From assembly GCA_937860055.1 (NCBI GenBank), contig CALMBO010000002.1, positions 4,594 through 68,593 on the forward strand: DNA of 64,000 nt. Reading direction: 5' to 3'. The position numbers and the translations under genes are program-made. The notes beneath the pieces are model-generated. The model did no database searches. It was not told the origin of the DNA and worked only from the letters and a program-made list of their open reading frames with translations. Every line of letters begins with the position of its first letter. Positions within the stretch are counted from its first letter, which is position 1. The DNA is from an uncultured Verrucomicrobiota bacterium. Lineage in GTDB: Bacteria > Verrucomicrobiota > Kiritimatiellia > CAIQIC01 > Lenti-01. Positions 47,532-55,420 of the stretch are shown here, piece after piece.

Positions 47532-48596
47532 ATGTCCCGCACCTTCCGCAACCTGATGGTCACCGGAGGCGCCGGCTTCATCGGCGTCAACTTCATCCGC
47601 TGGCTCTTCGACCAGCCCGATGGCCCCGCCCGCATCGTGAACGTCGACAAGCTCACCTACGCCGGAAACCCCCTCTCCCTCCTTGATGTCGAAAAACGCG
47701 CCGGCGACCGCTACGTCTTCGTCAAGGCCGACATCTGCGACGCCGCGAAGATGAAAGAGGTCATCGAGAAATACCAGATCGACGCCATCGCCCACTTCGC
47801 CGCCGAAAGCCACGTCGACCGCTCCATCGTCCGCCCCGACGAATTCGTCCGCACCAACATCTTCGGCACCTACACCCTCCTCCAGGCCGCCCGCGAGCAC
47901 GCCTCGCAAATCCAGCTCTTCCACCACGTCTCCACCGACGAGGTCTTCGGCACCCTCGGCGACACCGGCTTCTTCACCGAAGACACCCCCTACGCGCCCA
48001 ACTCCCCCTACTCGGCGTCCAAGGCGTCCAGCGACCACCTCGTCCGCGCCTACCACGAGACCTACCGGCTCCCCACCACCCTCTCCAACTGCTCCAACAA
48101 CTACGGCCCCTACCAGTTCCCCGAAAAGCTCATCCCCCTCATGATCCTCAATGCCCTCGAAGGCAAGCCGCTGCCCGTCTACGGCGACGGCATGAACGTG
48201 CGCGACTGGCTCTTCGTCACCGACCACTGTTCCGCCATCTGGCGCGTCATGACCCGGGCCGCCTTCGGCTCCACCTACAACGTCGGCGGCCGCAACGAAC
48301 TCCCCAACCTCCGCGTCGTCGAAAAAATCTGCGACCTCGTCGACGCCAAGGCCCCGCCCCTCCCCGGCGGAAAACCCCGCCGCTCCCTCATCACCTTCGT
48401 CAAGGACCGTCCCGGCCACGACCGCCGCTACGCCATCGATTGCTCCAAAATCGAGCGCGACCTCGGCTGGAAACCCGCCGAAACCTGGGCCACCGGCTTC
48501 GAGCGCACCGTCGCCTGGTACCTCTCCCACTTCGAGTGGTGCGCCCAGGTCCGCTCCGGCGACTACCAGAAATGGATCGCCACCCACTACGCCTGA
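47532..48596 (+). CDS. rfbB: dTDP-glucose 4,6-dehydratase
   Basis: VTGGAGFIGVNF, HFAAESHVDRS, STDEVFG, YSASKASSDHL, DRPGHDRRYAID. Confidence 0.92.
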   Translation: MSRTFRNLMVTGGAGFIGVNFIRWLFDQPDGPARIVNVDKLTYAGNPLSLLDVEKRAGDRYVFVKADICDAAKMKEVIEKYQIDAIAHFAAESHVDRSIVRPDEFVRTNIFGTYTLLQAAREHASQIQLFHHVSTDEVFGTLGDTGFFTEDTPYAPNSPYSASKASSDHLVRAYHETYRLPTTLSNCSNNYGPYQFPEKLIPLMILNALEGKPLPVYGDGMNVRDWLFVTDHCSAIWRVMTRAAFGSTYNVGGRNELPNLRVVEKICDLVDAKAPPLPGGKPRRSLITFVKDRPGHDRRYAIDCSKIERDLGWKPAETWATGFERTVAWYLSHFEWCAQVRSGDYQKWIATHYA

Positions 48597-48627
48597 TCGA
48601 CCCGCCTCCAACGGGACGGGATCGGAC

Positions 48628-48872
48628 AGGACGGGCGGCTTCCAGCCTCCTATGGCCATACCGGTTCCCACGGGACGGGCGGCTTCCAGCCGCCCCGCTT
48701 CTCTCCCCATTCCCGGTGGCAAGATGCCGCCGCTCCCTTCCCCCTCCCCACGGGACGGGCGGCTTCCAGCCGCCCCATTTCCCCCTTCCCGGTTCGAACG
48801 GGACGGGCGGCTTCCAGCCGCCCCATTTCCCCCTTCCCAGTTCGAACGGGACGGGCGGCTTCCAGCCGCCCC
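48628..48872 (+). repeat. REP array upstream of RAYT (5 copies; the last three form a 48-bp-period tandem)
   Basis: The core ACGGGACGGGCGGCTTCCAGCCGCCCC ends at about 48650 (degenerate copy), 48695, 48775, 48824 and 48872. Confidence 0.9.
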
Positions 48873-48922
48873 GCTCTCTTTTTCTCTTGCCTCCTCCCGA
48901 CCGCTCCCGCTACCTCTTCGGC

Positions 48923-49570
48923 ATGGACGCCACCCCCTCGCCATTCTTCGATCCACGCGCCTCCATCGCCCAACATCACAACCGTCTGCCCCATTGGCAA
49001 CAGGAACAACGCCTCCAATTCGTGACTTTTCACCTCGGCGATGCCCTTCCCGTCGAAACCCGCCGCCAACTCGCCATGGAACAGGAAACCTGGAGAACAC
49101 GCCACCCGGAACCTTGGTCCGAGGCCGTCGAAGCCGAATACCGCCGCCTGTTTTCAGAACGCCTCCACGATTGGCTGGATGCCGGCCTGGGATCCGGTCT
49201 GCTGCGAGATCCGAATCTCTCGCAAATCGTGCTCGATTCCCTCCTGCATTTTGACGGCTCCAGGTTCCGCATGGATGCCCTCGCCATCATGCCCACCCAC
49301 GTGCACGTCCTGTTTCAATTGGTGCCCGACCACAAGCTGGAAGACGTCGTGCATTCGTGGAAGAGCTATTCCGCCAAACGGCTGAACGAGAAGCTCCGCA
49401 GCACGGGCGCCGTTTGGATGAAGGACTACTGGGATCGCATGATCCGCAGTCCCGAACACGGGTGGAAAACCCGGGAATACGTCCTGACCAATCCGGCCCG
49501 AGCCCGCCTGCCGGAAGGACATTTCCGCATCTGGCAGCGAACCCCGCCGCTGCTGGCCGAAATACGATAG
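48923..49570 (+). CDS. REP-associated tyrosine transposase (RAYT; IS200/IS605 Y1 HUH family)
   Basis: NRLPHWQQEQRLQFVTFHLGDALP, the HUH motif in MPTHVHVLFQL, and the Tyr block VWMKDYWDRMIRSPEH. The track ORF 48440..49570 has its N-terminus extended through translated REPs. Confidence 0.8.
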   Translation: MDATPSPFFDPRASIAQHHNRLPHWQQEQRLQFVTFHLGDALPVETRRQLAMEQETWRTRHPEPWSEAVEAEYRRLFSERLHDWLDAGLGSGLLRDPNLSQIVLDSLLHFDGSRFRMDALAIMPTHVHVLFQLVPDHKLEDVVHSWKSYSAKRLNEKLRSTGAVWMKDYWDRMIRSPEHGWKTREYVLTNPARARLPEGHFRIWQRTPPLLAEIR

Positions 49571-49576
49571 CGGATC

Positions 49577-49683
49577 GAACGGGACGGGCGGTTTCCAGCC
49601 TCCCCTTTTCTCTCCCCATTCCCGGCGGCAAGATGCCGCCGCTCCTTTCCCGATCCCACGGGACGGGCGGCTTCCAGCCGCCC
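49577..49683 (+). repeat. REP array downstream of RAYT (2 copies + GGCGGCAAGATGCCGCC hairpin)
   Basis: GAACGGGACGGGCGGTTTCCAGCCTCCCC (49577-49605), GGCGGCAAGATGCCGCC (49624-49640) and CACGGGACGGGCGGCTTCCAGCCGCCC (49657-49683). The same composite occurs at 48633-48776. Confidence 0.9.
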
Positions 49684-49696
49684 TCGCTCCTTGCGG

Positions 49697-49822
49697 TTTT
49701 TCCACGCCGTGGAAAAATAGTTTCCACACTATGGAAAAAATCGCGTATGTTTTTCCACGCTATGGAAAAAACAGGCCGGATTTTCCACGCTATGGAAAAA
49801 AGTTTTCCACACTGTGGAAAAC
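49697..49822. repeat. TTTTCCA-N-TGGAAAA palindrome cluster D (5 copies, largest)
   Basis: Copies start at 49697 (CCACGCCGTGG core), 49721 (CCACACTATGG), 49750 (CCACGCTATGG), 49781 (CCACGCTATGG) and 49803 (CCACACTGTGG). Confidence 0.9.
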
Positions 49823-49833
49823 GTCCAACCGCC

Positions 49834-49868
49834 ATTCTTAATCCTTAATTCTACATTCTCAATTCATC
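49834..49868 (+). repeat. ATTCTTA-family heptad array abutting the lysA-like start codon
   Basis: ATTCTTA ATCCTTA ATTCTAC ATTCTCA ATTCATC, followed directly by the ATG. Confidence 0.85.
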
Positions 49869-51128
49869 ATGAAAACCTTCCCCCTCACGCTCCAGCAGAC
49901 CGAAGAACTCGCCCGGAAGTTCCCGACGCCTTTCCATCTCTACGACGAATCGGCGATCCGGAACAACGCCCGGCGCCTGACCAAGGCCTTCTCCGTCTTC
50001 CCCGGCTTCCGCGAATTCTTCGCCGTCAAGGCCGCCCCCAACCCCTTCCTCCTCAAGATCCTCGCCTCCGAAGGCTTCGGCGCCGACTGCTCCTCCCTCG
50101 CCGAGCTCCGCCTCTGCGAAGCCGTCGGCCTCTCCGGCGACCGCGTCATGTTCACCTCCAACGAAACCCCCGACGCCGAATTCCGCGCCGCCCGGCAGCT
50201 GGGCGCCATCATCAACCTCGACGACATCACCCACATCGACGCTCTCGTCGCCGCCACCGGTTCCATGCCCGGAACGATCTGCTTCCGCTACAACCCCGGC
50301 CCCCTCAAGGCCGGCAACGCCATCATCGGCCATCCCGAGGAAGCCAAGTACGGCCTCACCCGCGACCAGCTCTTCGCCGCCTACGCCAGGGCCCGCGAGC
50401 TCGGCGTCAAGACCTTCGGCCTGCACACCATGGTCGTCTCCAACGAGCTCGACGAGCAGTACCACATCGAAACCGCCCGCATGCTCTTCGAGCTTGTCGT
50501 CGACATCCAGGACCGCCTCGGCATCCGCATCTCCTTCATCAACACCGGCGGCGGCATCGGCATCCCCTACCGCCCCGAGCAGAAGGCCGTGGACTACGAA
50601 ACCATCGCCCGCGGCGCGCGGAAGCTCTACGACCAGATCATCGTTCCCGCCGGCCTCGACCCCCTGGCCTACAACATGGAATGCGGCCGCGCCATCACCG
50701 GCCCCTACGGCTGGCTCGTCACCCGCGCCATCCGCCGCAAGGAAACCTACCGCTCCTACGTCGGCGTCGACGCCTCCATGGCCAACCTCATGCGCCCCGG
50801 CCTCTACGGCGCCTACCACCACATCACCGTCCTCGGCAAGGAAAAGGCCCCTGTCACGCACACCTGCGACGTCGTCGGCTCGCTGTGCGAAAACTGCGAC
50901 AAGTTCGCCATCCAGCGCACGCTCCCCGAAATCGCCATGGGCGACCTGCTCGTGATCCACGACACCGGCGCGCACGGCCACGCCATGGGCTACAACTACA
51001 ACGGCAAGACCCGCTCCGCCGAGCTGCTCCTGCGCCCCGACGGCTCCGTCATCCAGATCCGACGCGCCGAGACGCTCCACGACCTCTTCGCGACGCTCGA
51101 CCTCGGATCGGTTTCCTCGTTCCGGTAG
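49869..51128 (+). CDS. lysA: PLP-dependent fold-III decarboxylase, diaminopimelate decarboxylase-like
   Basis: FFAVKAAPNP (PLP Lys), GFGADCSS, INTGGGIGIPY, CDVVGSLCENCD. Confidence 0.75.
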   Translation: MKTFPLTLQQTEELARKFPTPFHLYDESAIRNNARRLTKAFSVFPGFREFFAVKAAPNPFLLKILASEGFGADCSSLAELRLCEAVGLSGDRVMFTSNETPDAEFRAARQLGAIINLDDITHIDALVAATGSMPGTICFRYNPGPLKAGNAIIGHPEEAKYGLTRDQLFAAYARARELGVKTFGLHTMVVSNELDEQYHIETARMLFELVVDIQDRLGIRISFINTGGGIGIPYRPEQKAVDYETIARGARKLYDQIIVPAGLDPLAYNMECGRAITGPYGWLVTRAIRRKETYRSYVGVDASMANLMRPGLYGAYHHITVLGKEKAPVTHTCDVVGSLCENCDKFAIQRTLPEIAMGDLLVIHDTGAHGHAMGYNYNGKTRSAELLLRPDGSVIQIRRAETLHDLFATLDLGSVSSFR

Positions 51129-51165
51129 GGCGGGCGGGCCCAACCCGCCGCTCGATCCGGGGTCG

Positions 51166-51295
51166 CATCTGCAATTGAGCGCCTGCGGGGGTCATGTTGA
51201 GCGGAGGCGCAACGCGCCGAAGTCGAAACATCCCGGCTTCGTGGAACGGCCAGCCGGCGGGACCAGACCGGGATCCCTCGACAAGCCCGGGATGA
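51166..51295 (+). repeat. about 130-bp dispersed element, copy 1
   Basis: Shares a 42-nt block (TCATGTTGAGCGGAGGCGCAACGCGCCGAAGTCGAAACATCC, 40/42 identical) and a 24-nt block (GATCCCTCGACAAGCCCGGGATGA, 23/24) with the reverse complement of 57354-57484. Confidence 0.85.
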
Positions 51296-51364
51296 TCGCG
51301 AAAAACGTCCACCTTGTCTCGCCGCGCAGCGGCGCGTATGCTTCGGCCTCATTGGAGCAATCCC

Positions 51365-53179
51365 GTGAAATATTTCCGCCCGGTTTTCCTCGCCGCCCTG
51401 GTTTCCGCCGCCGTCGCCGCCTCCGCCCAATCTGCGCGCCCCGGCATGGGTTCGGTCCCGCATGCCGGCGGAACCACCTTCCGCGTCTGGGCGCCCTTCG
51501 CCACCTCCGCCGCCGTCGCCGGCGAATTCAATTCGTGGAACGCCGCGCCCCTGGCCCGCGATCCCTCCGGCGGCACCTGGTCCGCCGACATCCCCGGCGC
51601 CCGCCCCGGCCAGCGCTACAAATATCTTTTCAATGGCTATATCTGGAAGCGCGATCCGCGCGCGCGCCAAGTCACCCACTCGAACGGCGATTCCGTCGTC
51701 TATGACCCCGCCGCCTTCGACTGGGGCGGCGCTCCGGCGCCCGACGTCGCCCGCAACGATCTCGTGATCTACCAGCTCCACGTCGGCACCTTCGCCGGCA
51801 AAAATCCTCCGGCCACTTTCGACGACGCCATCGCGCGCCTCGACCACATCCGTGCCATCGGCGCCACCGCCGTCCAGCTCATGCCCGTCAACGAATTCCC
51901 CGGCGGCCGCAGCTGGGGCTACAACCCCTCCGACCCCTTCGCCATCGAAACCGACTACGGCGGCCCCGACGCCCTCAAGCGCTTCGTCCGCGCCGCCCAC
52001 GAGCGCGGCCTCGCCGTCTTCGTGGATGTCGTCCACAACCACTACGGCCCCACCGACCTCGACCTGTGGAGCTACGACGGCGCCTCCTGGAACGGATTCG
52101 GTGGAATCTACTTCTACAACGACGACCGCGCCCACACCCCCTGGGGATCCACCCGCCCCGACTATGGCCGCCCCGAAGTGCGCCAATATATCCGCGACCA
52201 GGTCTTCATGTTCGCCGAGGAATACCGCGTGGACGGCTTCCGCTGGGACTCCGTCTTCCATATCGTCAGCTTTTCTGAGCAGAATCCGGCGCCCAATCCC
52301 GAAGGCATCCAAATGCTGCGCGACATCAACCTCGAACTCGCCCGGAAACATCCCCGCCTCGTCCGCATCGCCGAAGACCACGCCTTCCACCACGACATGG
52401 GCTTCGACGCCCAATGGGACATCGGCTACCGCTGGGCCATCTTCCATCCGGTCGCCGACGCCTGGGATGTCGAACGCAACATGCGCGACGTGGCCGGCGC
52501 CCTCTCCGACTGGCCCGGGTTCCGCCGCATCGCCTTCACCGAAGCCCACGACTACGTCGCCGGCATGAACTACGGACGCAGCCGCGTCCCGACCATGATC
52601 CATCCCGAGGATCCCGCCAGCCTCTGGGCCCGCAAGCGCGCCCTCCTCGGCGCCGCCATCGTCTTCACCACCCCCGGCATTCCCATGATCTTCCAGGGCC
52701 AGGAAATGAACGAAGCCCGCTCCTTCCACGACGATGTCCCCATGGATTGGAATCTCACCAACACCTTTTCCGGCATCGTCCGCGCCTATGCCGACCTGAT
52801 CCGCCTGCGGCGCAATCTCTGCGGCACCACCCCCGGACTCCAGGGAACCGGCGTCTACATCCACCATGTCGACAACGACAACAAGGTCGTCGCCTTCGTC
52901 CGCTGGAACCAGGGCGGACCCGCCGACGACGTCGTGGCCGTCGCCAACTTCTCCAGCCTGGACTTCGACCAGAACGACTACGCCATCCGCTTCCCGTCCG
53001 CCGGCACCTGGTACCGCCAGTTCAGCAGCGACTCCAAGCTCTACTCCGAAGACTTCGGCAACGTCGGCGCCGCCCAGGTCGAAGCCGCCGGCGATCCCCC
53101 CGCCGCCACCGTCTGCATGGGCAAGTACTCCCTACAGATTTTTTCCAGGAATCCCCCCGCCTTCCCGTCGCCGAATTGA
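51365..53179 (+). CDS. secreted GH13 alpha-amylase-family enzyme with N-terminal CBM48-like module (branching-enzyme-like)
   Basis: Signal peptide (V)KYFRPVFLAALVSAAVAASAQS. Also TTFRVWAP..GEFNSWN, VFVDVVHNH, VDGFRWDSV, AEDH and EAHDY. I chose the GTG at 51365. The track start at 51314 or the ATG at 51338 are also possible. Confidence 0.8.
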   Translation: MKYFRPVFLAALVSAAVAASAQSARPGMGSVPHAGGTTFRVWAPFATSAAVAGEFNSWNAAPLARDPSGGTWSADIPGARPGQRYKYLFNGYIWKRDPRARQVTHSNGDSVVYDPAAFDWGGAPAPDVARNDLVIYQLHVGTFAGKNPPATFDDAIARLDHIRAIGATAVQLMPVNEFPGGRSWGYNPSDPFAIETDYGGPDALKRFVRAAHERGLAVFVDVVHNHYGPTDLDLWSYDGASWNGFGGIYFYNDDRAHTPWGSTRPDYGRPEVRQYIRDQVFMFAEEYRVDGFRWDSVFHIVSFSEQNPAPNPEGIQMLRDINLELARKHPRLVRIAEDHAFHHDMGFDAQWDIGYRWAIFHPVADAWDVERNMRDVAGALSDWPGFRRIAFTEAHDYVAGMNYGRSRVPTMIHPEDPASLWARKRALLGAAIVFTTPGIPMIFQGQEMNEARSFHDDVPMDWNLTNTFSGIVRAYADLIRLRRNLCGTTPGLQGTGVYIHHVDNDNKVVAFVRWNQGGPADDVVAVANFSSLDFDQNDYAIRFPSAGTWYRQFSSDSKLYSEDFGNVGAAQVEAAGDPPAATVCMGKYSLQIFSRNPPAFPSPN

Positions 53180-53206
53180 CATCGAACAGAACCGGAACAC
53201 GCGCAG

Positions 53207-53488
53207 ATGTCTCCCCACGCCCCCAACTGGCCGCTCATGCCGAAGCCGATCAAGACGAAGAAGCGCGGCGGGACGGACCGGCTTTTCGCCTTCGCCGTGC
53301 ATTTCTTTTTCGGCGCGATCCTCGGCTCCGTGTTCGGCCTGGGATTCTGGGCCTTCCATTTCTCCGGCTCGGAATCGGCCCGGACCGGCCTCCTGTGCAT
53401 CGGGGGCGGCGCGCTGCTTTGCGGCCTCGTCGCCGGCATCGCCAAGGATGAATTCTGGACCCGTCTCTGGAAAATGATGGTTCCTTGA
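53207..53488 (+). CDS. small two-TM membrane protein, unknown function
   Basis: Two hydrophobic helices (FAFAVHFFFGAILGSVFGLGFWAF and LLCIGGGALLCGLVAGI) with genome-typical codon bias. Confidence 0.45.
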   Translation: MSPHAPNWPLMPKPIKTKKRGGTDRLFAFAVHFFFGAILGSVFGLGFWAFHFSGSESARTGLLCIGGGALLCGLVAGIAKDEFWTRLWKMMVP

Positions 53489-53622
53489 GCCGCCGGGGCC
53501 GGCACCTCCCCCTCCCTCTCCCGGGCCGGAAGCCGAAGGACGGCAAAAATATCCGTATTTCCTAAAGAAAAACGCTTTACTTTCCCCTTGCCTCCCCGCC
53601 GGATCCTGCTACCCTCGCCCCC

Positions 53623-54255
53623 ATGATCAACCTCCTTCGACGTCTCATGGGCCATAACGACAAGTTCTTCGCCCTGCTGGAGGCCAGCGCGGCCGAAGCC
53701 CGCGCCAGCGTCCAGCAGCTGGCCCGCCTCCTGCACCAGGACGGCGGACCGGCGACCATCGACGACCTGGTCCGGACGCGCCGCAACGAAAAGCGCATCA
53801 CCGAGGAAATCTCCCAGGAGCTCTGCAAGACCTTTGTCACCCCCTTCGAACGAGAGGATATCGAGGCGCTTTCCTTCGCCCTCTACAAGATCCCCAAGTG
53901 CATCGAGAAGTTCGGCGAAAAGTTCCTGCTGGGCCATCCCCGCATGGAACCCCGGGAGTTCGACCGGCACCTGGATCTGCTGACCCGGTCCGTGGATACC
54001 GTGGTGGAAATGGTCCAGGGCCTGCGCCAGCACGAGGACCTGGAAACCATGAAGGAACGGAACGACCGGCTGCACCGCCTGGAATCCGACGCCGACCGGC
54101 TGATGATGGAAATGACGCGCGAACTCTACAGCGGCCGCCACGAAGCCCTGCGCGTGATCGTCATCCTCGACCTCTACAGCACCCTCGAAAAAGTCGTGGA
54201 CCGCTGCCGCGACGCCGGCAACATCATCTTCCAGATCGTGCTGAAGTATTCCTGA
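53623..54255 (+). CDS. DUF47 (PhoU-like) phosphate-transport regulator
   Basis: FFALLEASAAEA..EKRITEEISQELCKTFVTPFEREDIEALSFALYKIP. Paired with the PiT gene. Confidence 0.85.
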   Translation: MINLLRRLMGHNDKFFALLEASAAEARASVQQLARLLHQDGGPATIDDLVRTRRNEKRITEEISQELCKTFVTPFEREDIEALSFALYKIPKCIEKFGEKFLLGHPRMEPREFDRHLDLLTRSVDTVVEMVQGLRQHEDLETMKERNDRLHRLESDADRLMMEMTRELYSGRHEALRVIVILDLYSTLEKVVDRCRDAGNIIFQIVLKYS

Positions 54256-54268
54256 AAGGCGGGCGCGC

Positions 54269-55333
54269 ATGACCCTGATCCTGCTCGCCCTGCTGATCGC
54301 GGTGGCCTTTGAATTCATCAATGGCTTCCACGACACGGCCAATGCCATTGCCACCAGCGTCTCGACCAAGGTCCTGACGCCCCGGCAGGCCATCGTCCTG
54401 GCGGCCTTTTCCAACCTCCTCGGCGCCATGGCGGGGGTTTCCGTGGCGACCACCATCGGCAAGGGGCTGGTGGACACCGCGTTCGTCACCCCCCAGACCC
54501 TCTTCTGCGCGCTGATCGGCGCGGTGCTTTGGAACCTGCTGACGTGGTGGCTCGGCCTGCCCTCCAGTTCGAGCCATGCGCTGATCGGCGGCCTCTGCGG
54601 CGCCACCCTCGCCTCCGCGCGAAACCAATGGTCCGTCATCCACTGGGCGGTCCGCAATCCAGCGTCCGGCAGGCTCGAAGGGCTTTGGCCCAAGGTCGTG
54701 GCCCCGATGTTCACCTCGCCGGTGATGGGCGTTTTCCTGGGCTTCCTGGTCATGTTGGCGCTGTTCCTCCTCCTCTACCGCCTCCGCCCCTCCACCATCA
54801 ACCGCGTCTTCGGCAAGCTGCAGATCGCCAGCGCCGCCTTCATGGGATTCAGCCACGGCACCAACGACGCCCAGAAAACCATGGGCATCATGGCGCTCAT
54901 CCTGTTCTCCGGCACCCAGGGCGGCGCCTTCGACCACCTGCCGGCGGCCCTGGCGTTCCTGCATACCCCCGAATTCAAGATCGCCTTCTGGATCAAGCTG
55001 CTCTGCGCCTTGACCATGGCGGCCGGCACCACCATGGGGGGCTGGCGGATCATCCGGACCCTCGGCCACAAGATGGTCCGCCTCCAGCCCATCCACGGTT
55101 TCGCCGCCGAAGCCACCGCCGCCACGATCATCCAGATCGGAAGCCATTGGGGAATCCCCCTCTCCACCACCCACGTGATCTCCGCCTCCATCATGGGTGT
55201 CGGCGCCACCAAGCGCCTCAGCGCCGTCAAGTGGGGCATCGTCGGCCGCATGGTCTGGGCCTGGGTGCTGACCATCCCCGTCACCGCCATGCTCGGCTAC
55301 GGCCTCGAACGCCTGATGCTTCTCTTCGGCTGA
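54269..55333 (+). CDS. pit: inorganic phosphate transporter, PiT family
   Basis: FEFINGFHDTANAIATSV and GFSHGTNDAQKTMGI, the duplicated PiT signature. Confidence 0.92.
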   Translation: MTLILLALLIAVAFEFINGFHDTANAIATSVSTKVLTPRQAIVLAAFSNLLGAMAGVSVATTIGKGLVDTAFVTPQTLFCALIGAVLWNLLTWWLGLPSSSSHALIGGLCGATLASARNQWSVIHWAVRNPASGRLEGLWPKVVAPMFTSPVMGVFLGFLVMLALFLLLYRLRPSTINRVFGKLQIASAAFMGFSHGTNDAQKTMGIMALILFSGTQGGAFDHLPAALAFLHTPEFKIAFWIKLLCALTMAAGTTMGGWRIIRTLGHKMVRLQPIHGFAAEATAATIIQIGSHWGIPLSTTHVISASIMGVGATKRLSAVKWGIVGRMVWAWVLTIPVTAMLGYGLERLMLLFG

Positions 55334-55420
55334 CCCCTTCCGGTTTTCCCGCGTCCAGGCTTGTTCCGGCCTCCTGTTTCGGGATATAAAGGTTCCGAAC
55401 GGAACCACGCGAGGTTTTCC

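Larger units (their letters stand above)
48628..49683 (+). mobile_element. RAYT locus: Y1 transposase gene flanked on both sides by GC-rich REP hairpins
   Basis: The hairpin GGGCGGC-TTCCA-GCCGCCC occurs five times upstream and twice downstream of the CDS, all in the same orientation. A second hairpin GGCGGC-AAGAT-GCCGCC occurs once on each side. Confidence 0.7.

Noticed and set aside
48440-48922. N-terminal 161 residues of the track ORF 48440..49570
   Set aside because: This stretch is a translation of the end of rfbB (in a different frame) and of the REP array, giving repeated GTGGFQPPHFP peptides. The RAYT homology begins at MDATPSPFF (48923).
49697-49822. Palindrome clusters as miniature CRISPR arrays
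   Set aside because: The repeats are 19-22 bp, but the intervening sequences are only 1-11 nt. No cas genes are present, and the arrays have at most 5 units. The geometry fits REP/BIME-type elements, not CRISPR.
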